Program-made: the position numbers and the translations under genes
Origin: a virus
Taxonomy: Duplodnaviria > Caudoviricetes
DNA length: 64,000 nt
IMG/VR virus record: IMGVR_UViG_3300010340_000930
Coordinates: 1,653-65,652 of that record
Direction: 5' to 3' (one strand)
In this document: positions 1-10,454 of the stretch, in pieces
Layout of the letters: every line of letters begins with the position of its first letter
Position numbering within the stretch: the stretch's first letter is position 1
The notes under the pieces: model-generated
What the model was told of the DNA's origin: nothing
What the model saw: only the letters and a program-made list of their open reading frames with translations
Databases searched by the model: none

Positions 1-63
1 AGTCCCACATTCCCTTGGAGAGCCATCCCACTTTGGCTCTCATTTTTTTCTAAAAATTTCTAA

Positions 64-1143
64 CTATTGAAATAATACATTCTCAATTTTTTTTGCTAAC
101 TTTACATAATCGAATTGCTTAGCCCATTCTTGAGCAGCCAATCTATTCTTATACAAATTACCATAATTTGATAATAATTCACAAACTTTATCAAGATATG
201 CTTTATAGCAATCCACATTCTCTATGTTTGGATATTGGATGATGAATCCTGTTTCATTGTTCTTAATTACTTCATTTACAGCACCTTTATTAGTTGTGAT
301 AGGTAAACATCCGGAAGCTTGACATTGTGTGAAAACCATACCAAATGTTTCATGATATAAATGTGGATGTATATATAGATTGCTTGTTGCAAATTCATAT
401 GCCAATTGTTTCATGGAAACCAAATCATGTAAAAATACATTTTTCATTTTAGTCAAAGTATTGAATATTACTTGATAATCTTCATCTGGTTTATTATCAT
501 TATAATATAATTTCATACTGGAAAAAATATGTAACTCAAGATCATCTCTTTTGGTTTGTATACAAATATCATCGAACAATCTTGGTAAAACCTCTAGCCC
601 TTTATAAGGTATAGAGCTAAAAATTAATTTATTCTTATTTCTTTCAGCATATCCATAATACAATGATATATCAATTGGATTGCCTATAACATGAAATTTA
701 TTATGGAGATTATTTGGAATCATGAAATACCTAAAGAATGTTTTTTTCTGCCATTCAGATACGCAAAAGATTCCATCCAAGAGTTGTATGATCTCATTTT
801 TATACATCCAAGTAGACACCAATGGTTGATCATATGCATCATGTGAAAAATAATAAATCTTTTTCTTACCAACAAAGTTCTCTAATCCAGATGGAAAAGT
901 TCGATTACAAATAATTAAATCACAATCTTTCAAAACATCAATTGTATATAGGATGTTGTTTAAAACAATTCCATCTTGTTCTAATACATTGTAATTATTA
1001 TTGTTACAAATAAAAACTTGATGTCCTAGTTCAACTAATCCTTTAGCCAATAAAATTAAAGAGGTTTCGCTTCCACCCAAAAAAGTTTCATATGGAGTTC
1101 GCAAATCGAATGATTGACCATTATCATATAATAGTATTTTCAT
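64..1143 (-). CDS. GT4-family (GT-B fold) glycosyltransferase
   Basis: N-terminal GGSETS motif; C-terminal ETFGMVFTQCQASGCLPITTNKGAVNEVI matches the GT4 E-x7-E/Q region. Confidence 0.85.
   Translation of the reverse strand: MKILLYDNGQSFDLRTPYETFLGGSETSLILLAKGLVELGHQVFICNNNNYNVLEQDGIVLNNILYTIDVLKDCDLIICNRTFPSGLENFVGKKKIYYFSHDAYDQPLVSTWMYKNEIIQLLDGIFCVSEWQKKTFFRYFMIPNNLHNKFHVIGNPIDISLYYGYAERNKNKLIFSSIPYKGLEVLPRLFDDICIQTKRDDLELHIFSSMKLYYNDNKPDEDYQVIFNTLTKMKNVFLHDLVSMKQLAYEFATSNLYIHPHLYHETFGMVFTQCQASGCLPITTNKGAVNEVIKNNETGFIIQYPNIENVDCYKAYLDKVCELLSNYGNLYKNRLAAQEWAKQFDYVKLAKKIENVLFQ
745..809. repeat. 65-bp exact direct repeat, copy 1 (inside the GT4 gene)
   Basis: tttctgccattcagatacgcaaaagattccatccaagagttgtatgatctcatttttatacatcc is identical to 1829-1893. 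Confidence 0.95.
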
Positions 1144-1367
1144 TTTGTTTTATCGCTTTCTTTCAAAAAAAATAATGAGAAGATTATATAAACAATCAAA
1201 ATAAAAAGCCAAGCTAATAGAGGAGAAAAAACAGCAATCCACGAAAGATTAAGTAAACCGAAAAGTTTTAAAAAAATTAAAAGTATTTGATTGCTCAAAA
1301 CGATCAAATCAAAATCCATACAATAACATGCTTGTTCATCTTTGGTTTCTTCAATTTTGTTATTCAT
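1140..1367 (-). CDS. Small membrane protein
   Basis: 75 aa with two hydrophobic stretches; ATGA stop/start overlap with the GT4 gene. Confidence 0.6.
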   Translation of the reverse strand: MNNKIEETKDEQACYCMDFDLIVLSNQILLIFLKLFGLLNLSWIAVFSPLLAWLFILIVYIIFSLFFLKESDKTK

Positions 1368-1389
1368 TATTTTATCCCATCCTTTTATG

Positions 1390-1796
1390 CTATTCTTTAA
1401 ACTCTGTAAAAATTATACGAAAATTAATTCCACAAAAAGAATTTTTATATCTTACAATAGCAAGAAACAACTCGTTTTTTACACGTTGCTCATAGAGCAA
1501 TTCGTTATATGGAACCAGATAGGGATGAGTTTTTTTCTGTATCTTTTCCGGGGCCATATTTCCAGCCTTCCTTCTGTTTCTGAGCCATCCAATTTTCGTG
1601 ACACTGCTGCGGCGTTATATCGGGGTTCGTCTGAACGGCCAATACGCCCTGGATGACAACCGGCTTTTTGCCATTCCGGCGCTTCATCCCAAGATGGCTG
1701 ATGCAAATCCCCAAGCATTCGGCAATGGGCCCGATTGGCCTCATGCGCCACCTGGGCGATATTTTTAATAATTTTCGAGATCGGCATGATATTCAT
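1390..1796 (-). pseudogene. RyR-domain phage protein broken by two frameshifts
   Basis: SD aggaga before ATG at 1796; joining three frames gives IAQVAHEANRAHC...QPSWDEAPEWQK / QCHENWMAQKQKEGWKYGPGKDTEK / THPYLVPYNELLYEQRVKNELFLAIV, the typical RyR-like phage motif set. Confidence 0.7.
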
Positions 1797-1828
1797 AATC
1801 TTTCTCCTTAATAGTTTGATGAGGTTAC

Positions 1829-1893
1829 TTTCTGCCATTCAGATACGCAAAAGATTCCATCCAAGAGTTGTATGATCTCATTTTTATACATCC
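1829..1893. repeat. 65-bp exact direct repeat, copy 2 (intergenic)
   Basis: Identical to 745-809. Confidence 0.95.
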
Positions 1894-1983
1894 TTTCTTA
1901 AAAAGATAAAATCTTTTTCTCTATATCATTTTCAAATTTTTCGAAATAGAATTTTAAGTCTATCTAACTTATAACAGATTTAA

Positions 1984-2597
1984 TTAAAACATACTATGCA
2001 ATCCCCCGTGATTACCTGAAGCTGCTGAGGGATAAACAACAGCGTGTGTTAAATTTGCACCTGATGTCCTTAATTCAGTTGTAAATGTAATTCTTTCTGT
2101 AGAAGAAATTGCATCTGTACTACCACCAACTATACACAATTCTTTATTGCCGCATGCAGTTATATTGAATTTATTCACAGATAAATATGTACCACTCAAT
2201 GTCATAGTATTTGAAGAAAAGGTATATATTTCGATACTTGAGAGACCTTGACCTGCCTGTCGAGTTCCTCCGATGAAAAATCCTCTGATAACATTAGACG
2301 CACCTGCATGTGTTAATCTCGATTGATTTAATGAAATAGCTGAGGTTATAGCATCCGAAGAATAGTATATTTTTCTGAGGTTCCTAAAAAATCATTTATA
2401 TTTGTAGAAAACCCACCCGAAATAATCCCAACTTCGGGGTTTCCAATCGCAACATGTCCATATCTAGACGTGGTTAAATTATTACTATAGGTAAACGTAT
2501 CAGAACTATATGCATATTTTTGTGTATCTCTTGCATCACAATTACCAGTCTCATGATTTCTCCTGAAATTTTTTAGAAATAAGCTATCCAGATGCAT
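1984..2597 (-). pseudogene. Kelch-like/beta-propeller repeat protein split by one frameshift near 2365
   Basis: Joined frames give repeats such as GNPEVGIISGG...TSEKYTYSSD, SNVIRGFFIGG...SSIEIYTFSSN and GNKELCIVGG...STERITF, the same repeat style as the 50-56 kb proteins. Confidence 0.6.
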
Positions 2598-2602
2598 AAT
2601 TA

Positions 2603-2952
2603 TTATGCTATCCTATTTACGAATCCAACAAGATTTATAACATTTGCGGTACTTGCCGCCGCTTTAACAACCAAGCTATTTTGTAAGAGAATTCCAGGAG
2701 CAACCAAAAATAAACCTTGTTTTGCAGGAACATCAACCAAGATCGTATCAGACGTTCCAGTTCCTCCCCATCCAATAGTCAATGTAACTGCTCCTGTTGT
2801 AACATTTGCTGCAAAAATCCAAATTTCATCCATGCTGGAAGTTCCAGAAACCGCCGTATGAATTGTTGTTCCGGAACCAATCAATGTGGCGGCCACAGCA
2901 ATTGGCCGTCCATTTGTTGAGCCAACAGATTCATTTTTGTGTAAGTAGCCAT
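2603..2952 (-). pseudogene. Conserved small virion/tail-associated protein, frameshifted near its start
   Basis: ATG at 2952 gives MATYTKMNL; a 1-nt shift then gives GSTNGRPIAVAAT...DEIWIFAAN...GFVNRIA; family recognised from memory. Confidence 0.5.
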
Positions 2953-3285
2953 TTTTCATATTCCTCATTTTTATTTTCAAGTAATTTTAAAACTGGATTA
3001 TCTATTTGTAACTCTGGTATATCTTTACCTCCTGTTATTCTGACTATCTCGGGATAAATTTCAGTATTGAAATCAGGATGATTCATCATTGTAATTAAAT
3101 GGTCATAAGGAATTGTACCAGATGAAGCAATCATTTCTCTAGCTCTCTCAATCAATCTCAACTTCCATTCTGGCTGTGGGGATAGTTTGAATACCCACAT
3201 TATCCGTTGGGACATGCAACGTAACTGAATCAACATTCTTGTCCCATGCTAAATCTAAAAAGAAATCGGATGCTTTAATTACCAT
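2931..3285 (-). pseudogene. Hypothetical protein with a probable frameshift
   Basis: ATG at 3285 (MVIKASDFFLDLAWDK...MEVEID stop) continues in another frame as ERAREMIASSGTIPYD... Confidence 0.4.
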
Positions 3286-3403
3286 TTTATATCAACCTAA
3301 AAAATTTTAAATTTATTCATGATCAGATATCCTATTATGGTTTCAAGAAAAAATCTAGAGTAAAAAATTGGAAGTCTCAAAAAACATTCGAAACTTCCAA
3401 AAA

Positions 3404-4237
3404 TCAATAACCAACTTCAAAAAATAGTTTGACGCCCGTATCGTCAAAATGAATTTTATTCTTGATGTGCTCTGGAAAATCATTCATACTCAAATTGGAG
3501 TTCTCGAAGAATGATATATATACAGTATCGAAATAATTAACCATCTTAATTATACCCTCGATATCCGCACGTTCTGATTTACATTCTTCATCAAATATCG
3601 TATAATCTCTATTACAATAACGATAGCTTAACATTAATGTGATACTTTTATCAAGTAACTCAACACTTTTGTCAGCGACAAATTTAAAAAATCCTTTCAC
3701 TTTTTTATAAAAGGGTTGATAATAAAAAATATAATGATTGTCTTTTTGAATTTGCTTTAAACCGTGTATTAAAGTAATAATACTCAGATATACAGATAAT
3801 AATTTATCTTTTCCATCAGTGATAAAAACTTTCCTATCTCCATTCTTATATGATTTATCAACGATATCGATCAATTCTTTATACTGTGTCATTGTTAAAA
3901 AAAGAGATAATTCTTTTAATAATTTAAAAGCTGCTTTGTCTTCGAACATCTCTTCAAATTGTTTCTCGAGATTTATAAAAGATTTAAAATGAAATGACAT
4001 ATCTTGGTCGAAATATTCTGGTGTGCGTTTTAGCAGTATGGCATTCTCGAAAATATTGCAAGCTAATTTATAATAATTAAATAACTGAAAAATCAAGGAT
4101 GAAAAATGTTCATCAAAACGAAAATAAACCTTCGGAAGGTTCTCTTTTAAGACTAGCGAAAGATGAATATCAATACCCAATATGTCTAAAATGTCTTCTA
4201 AGAGAGTTTTCGATTCTAGAACATTGTATGTATTCAT
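3404..4237 (-). CDS. Hypothetical protein
   Basis: 277-aa ORF on the local coding strand; no recognisable motif. Confidence 0.6.
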   Translation of the reverse strand: MNTYNVLESKTLLEDILDILGIDIHLSLVLKENLPKVYFRFDEHFSSLIFQLFNYYKLACNIFENAILLKRTPEYFDQDMSFHFKSFINLEKQFEEMFEDKAAFKLLKELSLFLTMTQYKELIDIVDKSYKNGDRKVFITDGKDKLLSVYLSIITLIHGLKQIQKDNHYIFYYQPFYKKVKGFFKFVADKSVELLDKSITLMLSYRYCNRDYTIFDEECKSERADIEGIIKMVNYFDTVYISFFENSNLSMNDFPEHIKNKIHFDDTGVKLFFEVGY

Positions 4238-4320
4238 CCTGTTTATCTTTTTCGATTTTAAAACTCAACATAATGTATTAATATTTTAACTTATAATTTA
4301 TTCTAACTTTAAAAACTTTT

Positions 4321-6453
4321 TTAATAAAGATGTTTTAAAACCATCCTGATCCTTTCATAAACGTCAAACATCGAATCATTTTTCTTTTGTAATGTATAAG
4401 CTGTAAATAAATAATTATTATTATAAGGATATTGATAAACCTGTATCCAATTGTATATGTATTGATTATAAAGAATGCCTTTATAATCCAATCCAGAAAC
4501 TAGTGCTGAGAAATATTTTCCAAATACCAAAACTGTTTTCTCTTCACTTATTAACCGCTCTAGAGCACTATTTTGGAAACCAATATTTAATATTGCACTA
4601 TCTCGATATATTTCAAAATCATCAAGATCTTCTTGAATAAAAACGTTTTTCCATTCATTATTATTCTTTTTAGATGAATATAAACTAATATAAGGGAACT
4701 GACCATTTAATAAAATGGCATAACGATCAGATCTATCAAAGTATGATAAAACAGTATCCCAAATTATCTGTGTTCCAGATTCTATAGGGTTGGTATTTAA
4801 ATTATCATCAAATATTATATTTATAATAATCTTACCATTAATATTATATGGTTCAGTTGGATTTTCAATTCGAGAAATTATATCCAATACATTCTGACTA
4901 AATAATGGTTGAAATTTTGTTTCATAGTTTTCATATTTCTTGAAACTTCTGAGAATTTCATAAATTAAAGAATTTGTCTCTTGCATATCGACACATATTG
5001 AATTAAATCGTATCACATCTGATGTTTGTTCATTAAAACCATTAATTCCTATCAAACTACCACGGTAAAAGATTAAAGGGTCTTCAAGTGAAGTATTAAA
5101 GAAATTATTCTTTAGAAAATATTGACTCAATACGCTCGAATGAGAATCAATATATAAAGCAACATTTTCAACTGTTTCTTTTGGGTTTATACCGCAGTTA
5201 ATCAACTTATTATTATATATAATATTGTCAAGTTTATCGGCTGCCCCAGCATAACCCCAAATCTGTATTCCAGGGCCATTACAATTCATAATAACATTTG
5301 ATGAAATAAAATTATCATGACATGCTGTATAAGGAGAATAACCTTCTAGGGTAATTCCTTGAGCAGTTTCATCCATACGAAATGAAGCCCCAGAGACATT
5401 CTCGATAATATTATTAAAAACATAATTGTTATTTCCATTAATTTGATTTCTAACGGAGCAATTCACGATATAATTATTATAAATATAATTATTTTCACAC
5501 TCTCCATCAGCACCATCTGTGGAAATTCCTCTCGCATAACTTAAATCAGGAGCAGTAATAATATTTTCAAAGATCAGGTTTCCTGTATTTTTATATCCCG
5601 AAGGATTTCCACCTGCACCAGTAAGATAAATACCAGTGTGCCCAAAATTTTTAATCACATTTCCATAAACCTCCCAATACCAACAACCATAATTTAAACG
5701 TATGCCATCAGAATTTGCGTTTAAATTTTCATAAGAATCATTGAAAATATAACGTGAATCAATAATACAATTACGAATAATTCCATTCCTAGAATTATAA
5801 TCAGGTCTACCGTCTCCATGGGCCAAGATACCCATCAATCCAGAATCTCTTATTATACAATTTTGAATAATATTATAATCACCATAACATTCAACAGTAC
5901 ATGATCTTCCACCGCGAATTTCCAAATTCTGTACTGTGATGTAATCTCTAGAACCAAAAGAGAATGCTTTTACTTGAGTACCAGCTTCCTTAAAAACCAT
6001 ATTAGATGGATTACCACTATTGTATACATATAAATAATTGGAGGAAAATGCCCATCTAACTTGAGACGTGATAGACCCAACATTTTGAGCACGTTGCCAT
6101 TCCACATCATCTACCCAAATTCTCCTAGGATCATGGTCTAATGATAGCCTCCAAATGTTTGATCCCATATCTTGCCAAGATGAGGGATTATCTGCATTTG
6201 TAACAAAGTAAACCACAGTTATTATAGGAAGGGCTCCTTCTCCATAAGCATCAAAAGTTATTCGATTATCATCGTCCGTTCCAGATGCTGGAACATTTAA
6301 TACAGCACTCCAAGTATCTCCTCTTTTTAAATATACGGTATCGCCGGCTTGAATCCCAGCCGAACTTAATTTTCCTAACGTTTTCCAAGGAGAATCAATT
6401 GATCCATTATTATTATCATTTCCGCTAGATTGACTTATATAATATTCAGCCAT
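4321..6453 (-). CDS. Right-handed parallel beta-helix (pectate-lyase-like) protein with an unrelated C-terminal domain
   Basis: YYISQSSGNDNNNGSIDSPWKT...GDTVYLKRGDTW start; many N/I-rich beta-helix repeats (IIQNCIIRDS, GNLIFENII, NYVFNNIIEN). Confidence 0.75.
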   Translation of the reverse strand: MAEYYISQSSGNDNNNGSIDSPWKTLGKLSSAGIQAGDTVYLKRGDTWSAVLNVPASGTDDDNRITFDAYGEGALPIITVVYFVTNADNPSSWQDMGSNIWRLSLDHDPRRIWVDDVEWQRAQNVGSITSQVRWAFSSNYLYVYNSGNPSNMVFKEAGTQVKAFSFGSRDYITVQNLEIRGGRSCTVECYGDYNIIQNCIIRDSGLMGILAHGDGRPDYNSRNGIIRNCIIDSRYIFNDSYENLNANSDGIRLNYGCWYWEVYGNVIKNFGHTGIYLTGAGGNPSGYKNTGNLIFENIITAPDLSYARGISTDGADGECENNYIYNNYIVNCSVRNQINGNNNYVFNNIIENVSGASFRMDETAQGITLEGYSPYTACHDNFISSNVIMNCNGPGIQIWGYAGAADKLDNIIYNNKLINCGINPKETVENVALYIDSHSSVLSQYFLKNNFFNTSLEDPLIFYRGSLIGINGFNEQTSDVIRFNSICVDMQETNSLIYEILRSFKKYENYETKFQPLFSQNVLDIISRIENPTEPYNINGKIIINIIFDDNLNTNPIESGTQIIWDTVLSYFDRSDRYAILLNGQFPYISLYSSKKNNNEWKNVFIQEDLDDFEIYRDSAILNIGFQNSALERLISEEKTVLVFGKYFSALVSGLDYKGILYNQYIYNWIQVYQYPYNNNYLFTAYTLQKKNDSMFDVYERIRMVLKHLY

Positions 6454-6473
6454 TTTAATTTACCTTTCTTATT

Positions 6474-7148
6474 TTAAAATGCGACATCTTTCTTGGTAAT
6501 TAGTTCCAGTTTGGTGCTTATCTCAATGATAGCATCACTTGTTTTCTCAACCTTATTTAATATTCTTTCCAAATTCTCCTTTCCGAGTATTTGAGAAGTA
6601 TCAATTGAGTGAATCATTATATTGACTTCTTTTAAAGACTTCTTTATATCAATCAACTCATCTTTTATTACATTAATGATATTTTTAATTTCGTCAATAC
6701 TAACATTCAATTCCTCTGTATCGTTTTTATATTCATTCATAATCTCTTTTAATTTCTCAATTACAACATCATTTCGTTCTTTAAATTTATTATCGTGAGA
6801 TTCTATAAATCTAGATAGATCTTCCAGCTCTTTCTTAAGTAATCCTATTTTTTTTATTTGTAAACCATACAGACTGGAAGAAACTTTTTTGATATTCAAT
6901 TTTAATTCTGGGTTTATTTCAGTAATAATATTTCTTATCTCTTCTAACTTTTCATCAACCAGATTTCGTAAACCACACTTTGAACATATATCAGAGAATA
7001 TATCATTGTTTTTTTCTTTCTTGAAATATTTATCAAGAATCGCTTTTATATATTCTCTATAGTATATTGAAGCGGAACCACCTATGATAAATAATACAAG
7101 AATCAAATAACGTAAATCGTTCAGTGGAATATCATTTAAGAAACTCAT
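6474..7148 (-). CDS. Membrane-anchored coiled-coil protein
   Basis: One N-terminal TM helix (YLILVLFIIGGSASIYY) followed by a long heptad-rich region. Confidence 0.6.
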   Translation of the reverse strand: MSFLNDIPLNDLRYLILVLFIIGGSASIYYREYIKAILDKYFKKEKNNDIFSDICSKCGLRNLVDEKLEEIRNIITEINPELKLNIKKVSSSLYGLQIKKIGLLKKELEDLSRFIESHDNKFKERNDVVIEKLKEIMNEYKNDTEELNVSIDEIKNIINVIKDELIDIKKSLKEVNIMIHSIDTSQILGKENLERILNKVEKTSDAIIEISTKLELITKKDVAF

Positions 7149-7160
7149 TTTTCCATAGAG

Positions 7161-7433
7161 CTAATATGTACCGCCGTCAACGACATCCAGCTCAAATTCT
7201 TTAAATTTTTGAAATTCTTGCATAATTCTCCATGAGGACCATGTTTTATTAATTGCAATATCATTATCATCCGCTGGCAGAAACATTAAAAGATTATCTT
7301 CCATATCCTTGATATATAAAATCTTTTCAAAATCTCCAAAAATAATTTCTCTACGATCAACTTCAGAATCAATTATCGGGTTGGATACCTTTGTTCTGAC
7401 CTTAATCTTAGAGAAGTAAATTTTTTCACTCAT
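7161..7433 (-). CDS. Hypothetical protein
   Basis: 90-aa ORF with upstream SD-like aagtgag; ends in TAG. Confidence 0.55.
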   Translation of the reverse strand: MSEKIYFSKIKVRTKVSNPIIDSEVDRREIIFGDFEKILYIKDMEDNLLMFLPADDNDIAINKTWSSWRIMQEFQKFKEFELDVVDGGTY

Positions 7434-7649
7434 ATGAACTCACTTCTAGCTTTTAAATTTATTCAAACTCACGAGAAACTTTAATTCAGCATTCAAACAT
7501 TATCATAAAATTCATCTATCTCATTCAGATTATATTTAAGGATATTTTTCACTTTCTTTTTTTCGGTCTTCTTTTTAAAATACTTCTTTATTTTTCTTTC
7601 AAACTTATCGAATTGCCCAGCTACCGAATTCTGTGTATGTTTTTTCTTA

Positions 7650-8027
7650 TTACCGTTCATCTCCTTCACCTTTAATCATACCACGTTCTTTTCTAGAAAA
7701 TAATTTCTCAAGATTTTCTTGAGCAATATCATTCAAGTTCAATCCAAGAGAATCAGCCAAATTACTTATATACCAAAGTACATCGCCTAATTCCTTTGAG
7801 ATTCCTTTTCTTTCAATATCTGTAATTTTGCAATTTTTATCTCGAATAATTTTCTTAATCTTACCAAGAACCTCTCCTGCCTCATTGGATAATCCCAATG
7901 CTGTATATATAATACCTGACATATTCAAGAAATTATTCTCTATTTCATCGAGAGATTCATACCGATCAATGAAAAGTGGATACATCGCTGTCGCTGCTGC
8001 CTTTTCTTGATATTCATTGAAGTGCAT
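7650..8027 (-). CDS. mazG: MazG-like nucleoside triphosphate pyrophosphohydrolase
   Basis: FNEYQEKA..., ALGLSNEAGEVLGKIKKIIRD, KELGDVLWYISNLA, NLEKLFSRKERG. Confidence 0.85.
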   Translation of the reverse strand: MHFNEYQEKAAATAMYPLFIDRYESLDEIENNFLNMSGIIYTALGLSNEAGEVLGKIKKIIRDKNCKITDIERKGISKELGDVLWYISNLADSLGLNLNDIAQENLEKLFSRKERGMIKGEGDER

Positions 8028-8029
8028 TG

Positions 8030-8425
8030 TTAATTAAGATCCTCCTCTTTTAACTTTTTTATAATTTTCAAAAAACTAACATTCTTTTTATTTCTTTTAT
8101 CTTGCTCTTTCATAAAAGAAACATCATCCAATTTACCGAAAGATTTTTCTAGATATTCAATCAGACCCAAGACAATATCATTCAATATTGAAATACTTAT
8201 TTTTCTTTCAAACTCAATTACAAATAGAATTAATGCAGCAGGAGATTTCTCATATTCTGTCTTAAATAAAGCAAGACGAATATTCCTATCTACGCGGATG
8301 AACTTATTTTGTTCTTCAGCTATATCAAATAATTCATATGCAGCGAGAGATGAATCAACCTCATATGGTTTATGCTTAATCTCAATAAAATATCTGTAAA
8401 TTTTATTAAAATGAATGCTGGTCAT
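8030..8425 (-). CDS. Hypothetical protein
   Basis: 131 aa; ATGA overlap with the primase gene. Confidence 0.6.
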   Translation of the reverse strand: MTSIHFNKIYRYFIEIKHKPYEVDSSLAAYELFDIAEEQNKFIRVDRNIRLALFKTEYEKSPAALILFVIEFERKISISILNDIVLGLIEYLEKSFGKLDDVSFMKEQDKRNKKNVSFLKIIKKLKEEDLN

Positions 8426-9462
8426 TTAACATTGCCCCTACCTTCAAAAAAATTCCTATCAAAAGATGTCTTAACTTTCTCTATAGGTAATTTCCCAAAA
8501 TCCTTTCCTGATTTATTCCAATAAATATCCAACTTATTTACAAATGGTTTCTTATTTAAGAATGCATATCTTTTTTCATTTATATCATTATCTGATAAGA
8601 TAACAAAGTTAGCTTTGGTTAATTTACAAAAATCCAAAACAGAAATCGCTGTGTTTTCATAACTATTGTTTAAAGCACAAGCCCAAAAGAAGGATGATTC
8701 TTTCAGATCATTGAAGTAACCCGAAAAATAACTAACCAATACATCAAAGACTCCTTCGCATAGAACGATTGTGTTAATTTTTTCTTCATCATAATGATTG
8801 GTTTTTATTCCATAAAAATCTTTGAAAATCAATTTCTTATCAGTTAATTTTAAATTGTAAAATCTAAAATCAGAATTCTCATCTGTATTTCTGAGAATCA
8901 TCAATGACTCCCGGTTGCACACAAATCCAATAAAGTTTCTATCCAAATATTCTAAAAACTCTGGTTTTATCTCTGTAGTGTTAATATTATTTATTCTTAC
9001 AAAATTCTTTATATTCAAAACAAGATTTGGAATCAATTCAAGATTGATATCGTATCCAATTCTTTGTTTTATATATTGTGACTTCAATTGATAATACTCA
9101 ATACAATCACCTATTTTCTCAAAGAACAATTTATTTGATGGGCTAAGAATATATTTTTCATCAGAAACATTTCTGGAGTATGTATATAAAAGTTTTCCCT
9201 GAATGATTTCATCCTTATTCAGAGAAAGATATTTTATCAAAGTTAAAATATTCCCCTTAAAACCACATTTAAAACAATTGAATACAGGGTGCTCTTCACT
9301 TACTTGTATATATAAATGTCCTTTATTCTTTTTGGATTCTGTCTCACATTTCGGACATTTACAAATTAACTCTGTCCTTCTAGAATCATAATATGCAATC
9401 CCTGTTTTTAATTCCAATTCATCCTTAAGATAATTCCAATTGATCATAATTATTATTATCAC
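8422..9462 (-). CDS. DNA primase (phage DnaG/gp61-like)
   Basis: Zn finger CPKC...GHLYI...FNCFKCG; TOPRIM motifs VLCEGVFD and LSDND. Confidence 0.8.
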   Translation of the reverse strand: MIIIIMINWNYLKDELELKTGIAYYDSRRTELICKCPKCETESKKNKGHLYIQVSEEHPVFNCFKCGFKGNILTLIKYLSLNKDEIIQGKLLYTYSRNVSDEKYILSPSNKLFFEKIGDCIEYYQLKSQYIKQRIGYDINLELIPNLVLNIKNFVRINNINTTEIKPEFLEYLDRNFIGFVCNRESLMILRNTDENSDFRFYNLKLTDKKLIFKDFYGIKTNHYDEEKINTIVLCEGVFDVLVSYFSGYFNDLKESSFFWACALNNSYENTAISVLDFCKLTKANFVILSDNDINEKRYAFLNKKPFVNKLDIYWNKSGKDFGKLPIEKVKTSFDRNFFEGRGNVK

Positions 9463-10418
9463 CTCAATGCTTTACTGAGTTCATTTCCGTTTTGCATAAT
9501 TTGATATAAGCAACTCATGAAATTCATTGAAGGCAACATACAAAATTCATGTTTGTTTGCATACTCATTCAAAACAATTTTTACCCATACGGGAATCTCT
9601 GGATTCTCAAAAGCTTTTTGATAAATGGTTTTATAATCCACTTCATAGTTGCTGATAATCTCTTGTATAGAATCTATCTTTTCTTTCATTGTTTTTTTAT
9701 TCGAGAATGATTTTCCAATGTCTGAAATTAAAATAATAATTTTATGCTCATTACTATTTTCTATGTTATCAATAAATAACTTACCATCATTAACTCTGGA
9801 TTGTAAAAGACCAACAATTCGTCTTATATCTGGATAAAATGAAGATATAATATTGGTAACCGCGCCTTCATTGTATTCTATATTCTCTTCATTTAAAATT
9901 TTTATAACATGATCCTTTATATATTCTTTTGGCAACTGTTTAAATTCATATGTCTGACAACGAGATTGAATTGCATCATTGATTTTTGATATATAGTTAC
10001 AAGTAAAAATAAATCTCGCATTCTCATGAAATGCCTCAATAATATTTCTCAATGCCGCTTGAGCATTATGGGTTATATAGTCTGCCTCATCATAATACAC
10101 AATTTTTATTTTGCCTGAATTAGAAGAGGTACTAACAAAATCCTCAACCATATTCCTGATTATATCCACACTATTTGCTGAACTTCCATTCAATGCCAAT
10201 AAATCCAATTTGGATTCACAAATATTATTAATTAGTATTCTTGCAACTGTGGTTTTACCTGATCCTGGCCCACCATAAAATAATAAATGAGGAATATTTT
10301 TATTCTGTATGTACTTCTCAAAGATATCTCGATAAGTTTTTGGAAGAACTACATCATCGAGTACTTTGGGACGATATTTCTCAACCCATAAGAATTTTTC
10401 GGTAACCTCGTCAACCAT
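9459..10418 (-). CDS. Clamp loader AAA+ subunit (RFC small/T4 gp44-like)
   Basis: LWVEKYRP, Walker A GGPGSGKTT, Walker B YYDEADY, AQAALRNIIE, FIFTCNY, SRC motif, YPDIRR. Confidence 0.92.
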   Translation of the reverse strand: MVDEVTEKFLWVEKYRPKVLDDVVLPKTYRDIFEKYIQNKNIPHLLFYGGPGSGKTTVARILINNICESKLDLLALNGSSANSVDIIRNMVEDFVSTSSNSGKIKIVYYDEADYITHNAQAALRNIIEAFHENARFIFTCNYISKINDAIQSRCQTYEFKQLPKEYIKDHVIKILNEENIEYNEGAVTNIISSFYPDIRRIVGLLQSRVNDGKLFIDNIENSNEHKIIILISDIGKSFSNKKTMKEKIDSIQEIISNYEVDYKTIYQKAFENPEIPVWVKIVLNEYANKHEFCMLPSMNFMSCLYQIMQNGNELSKALR

Positions 10419-10454
10419 AATACAATCTCCTTTCTCAAAAATTACATTTTGGAT

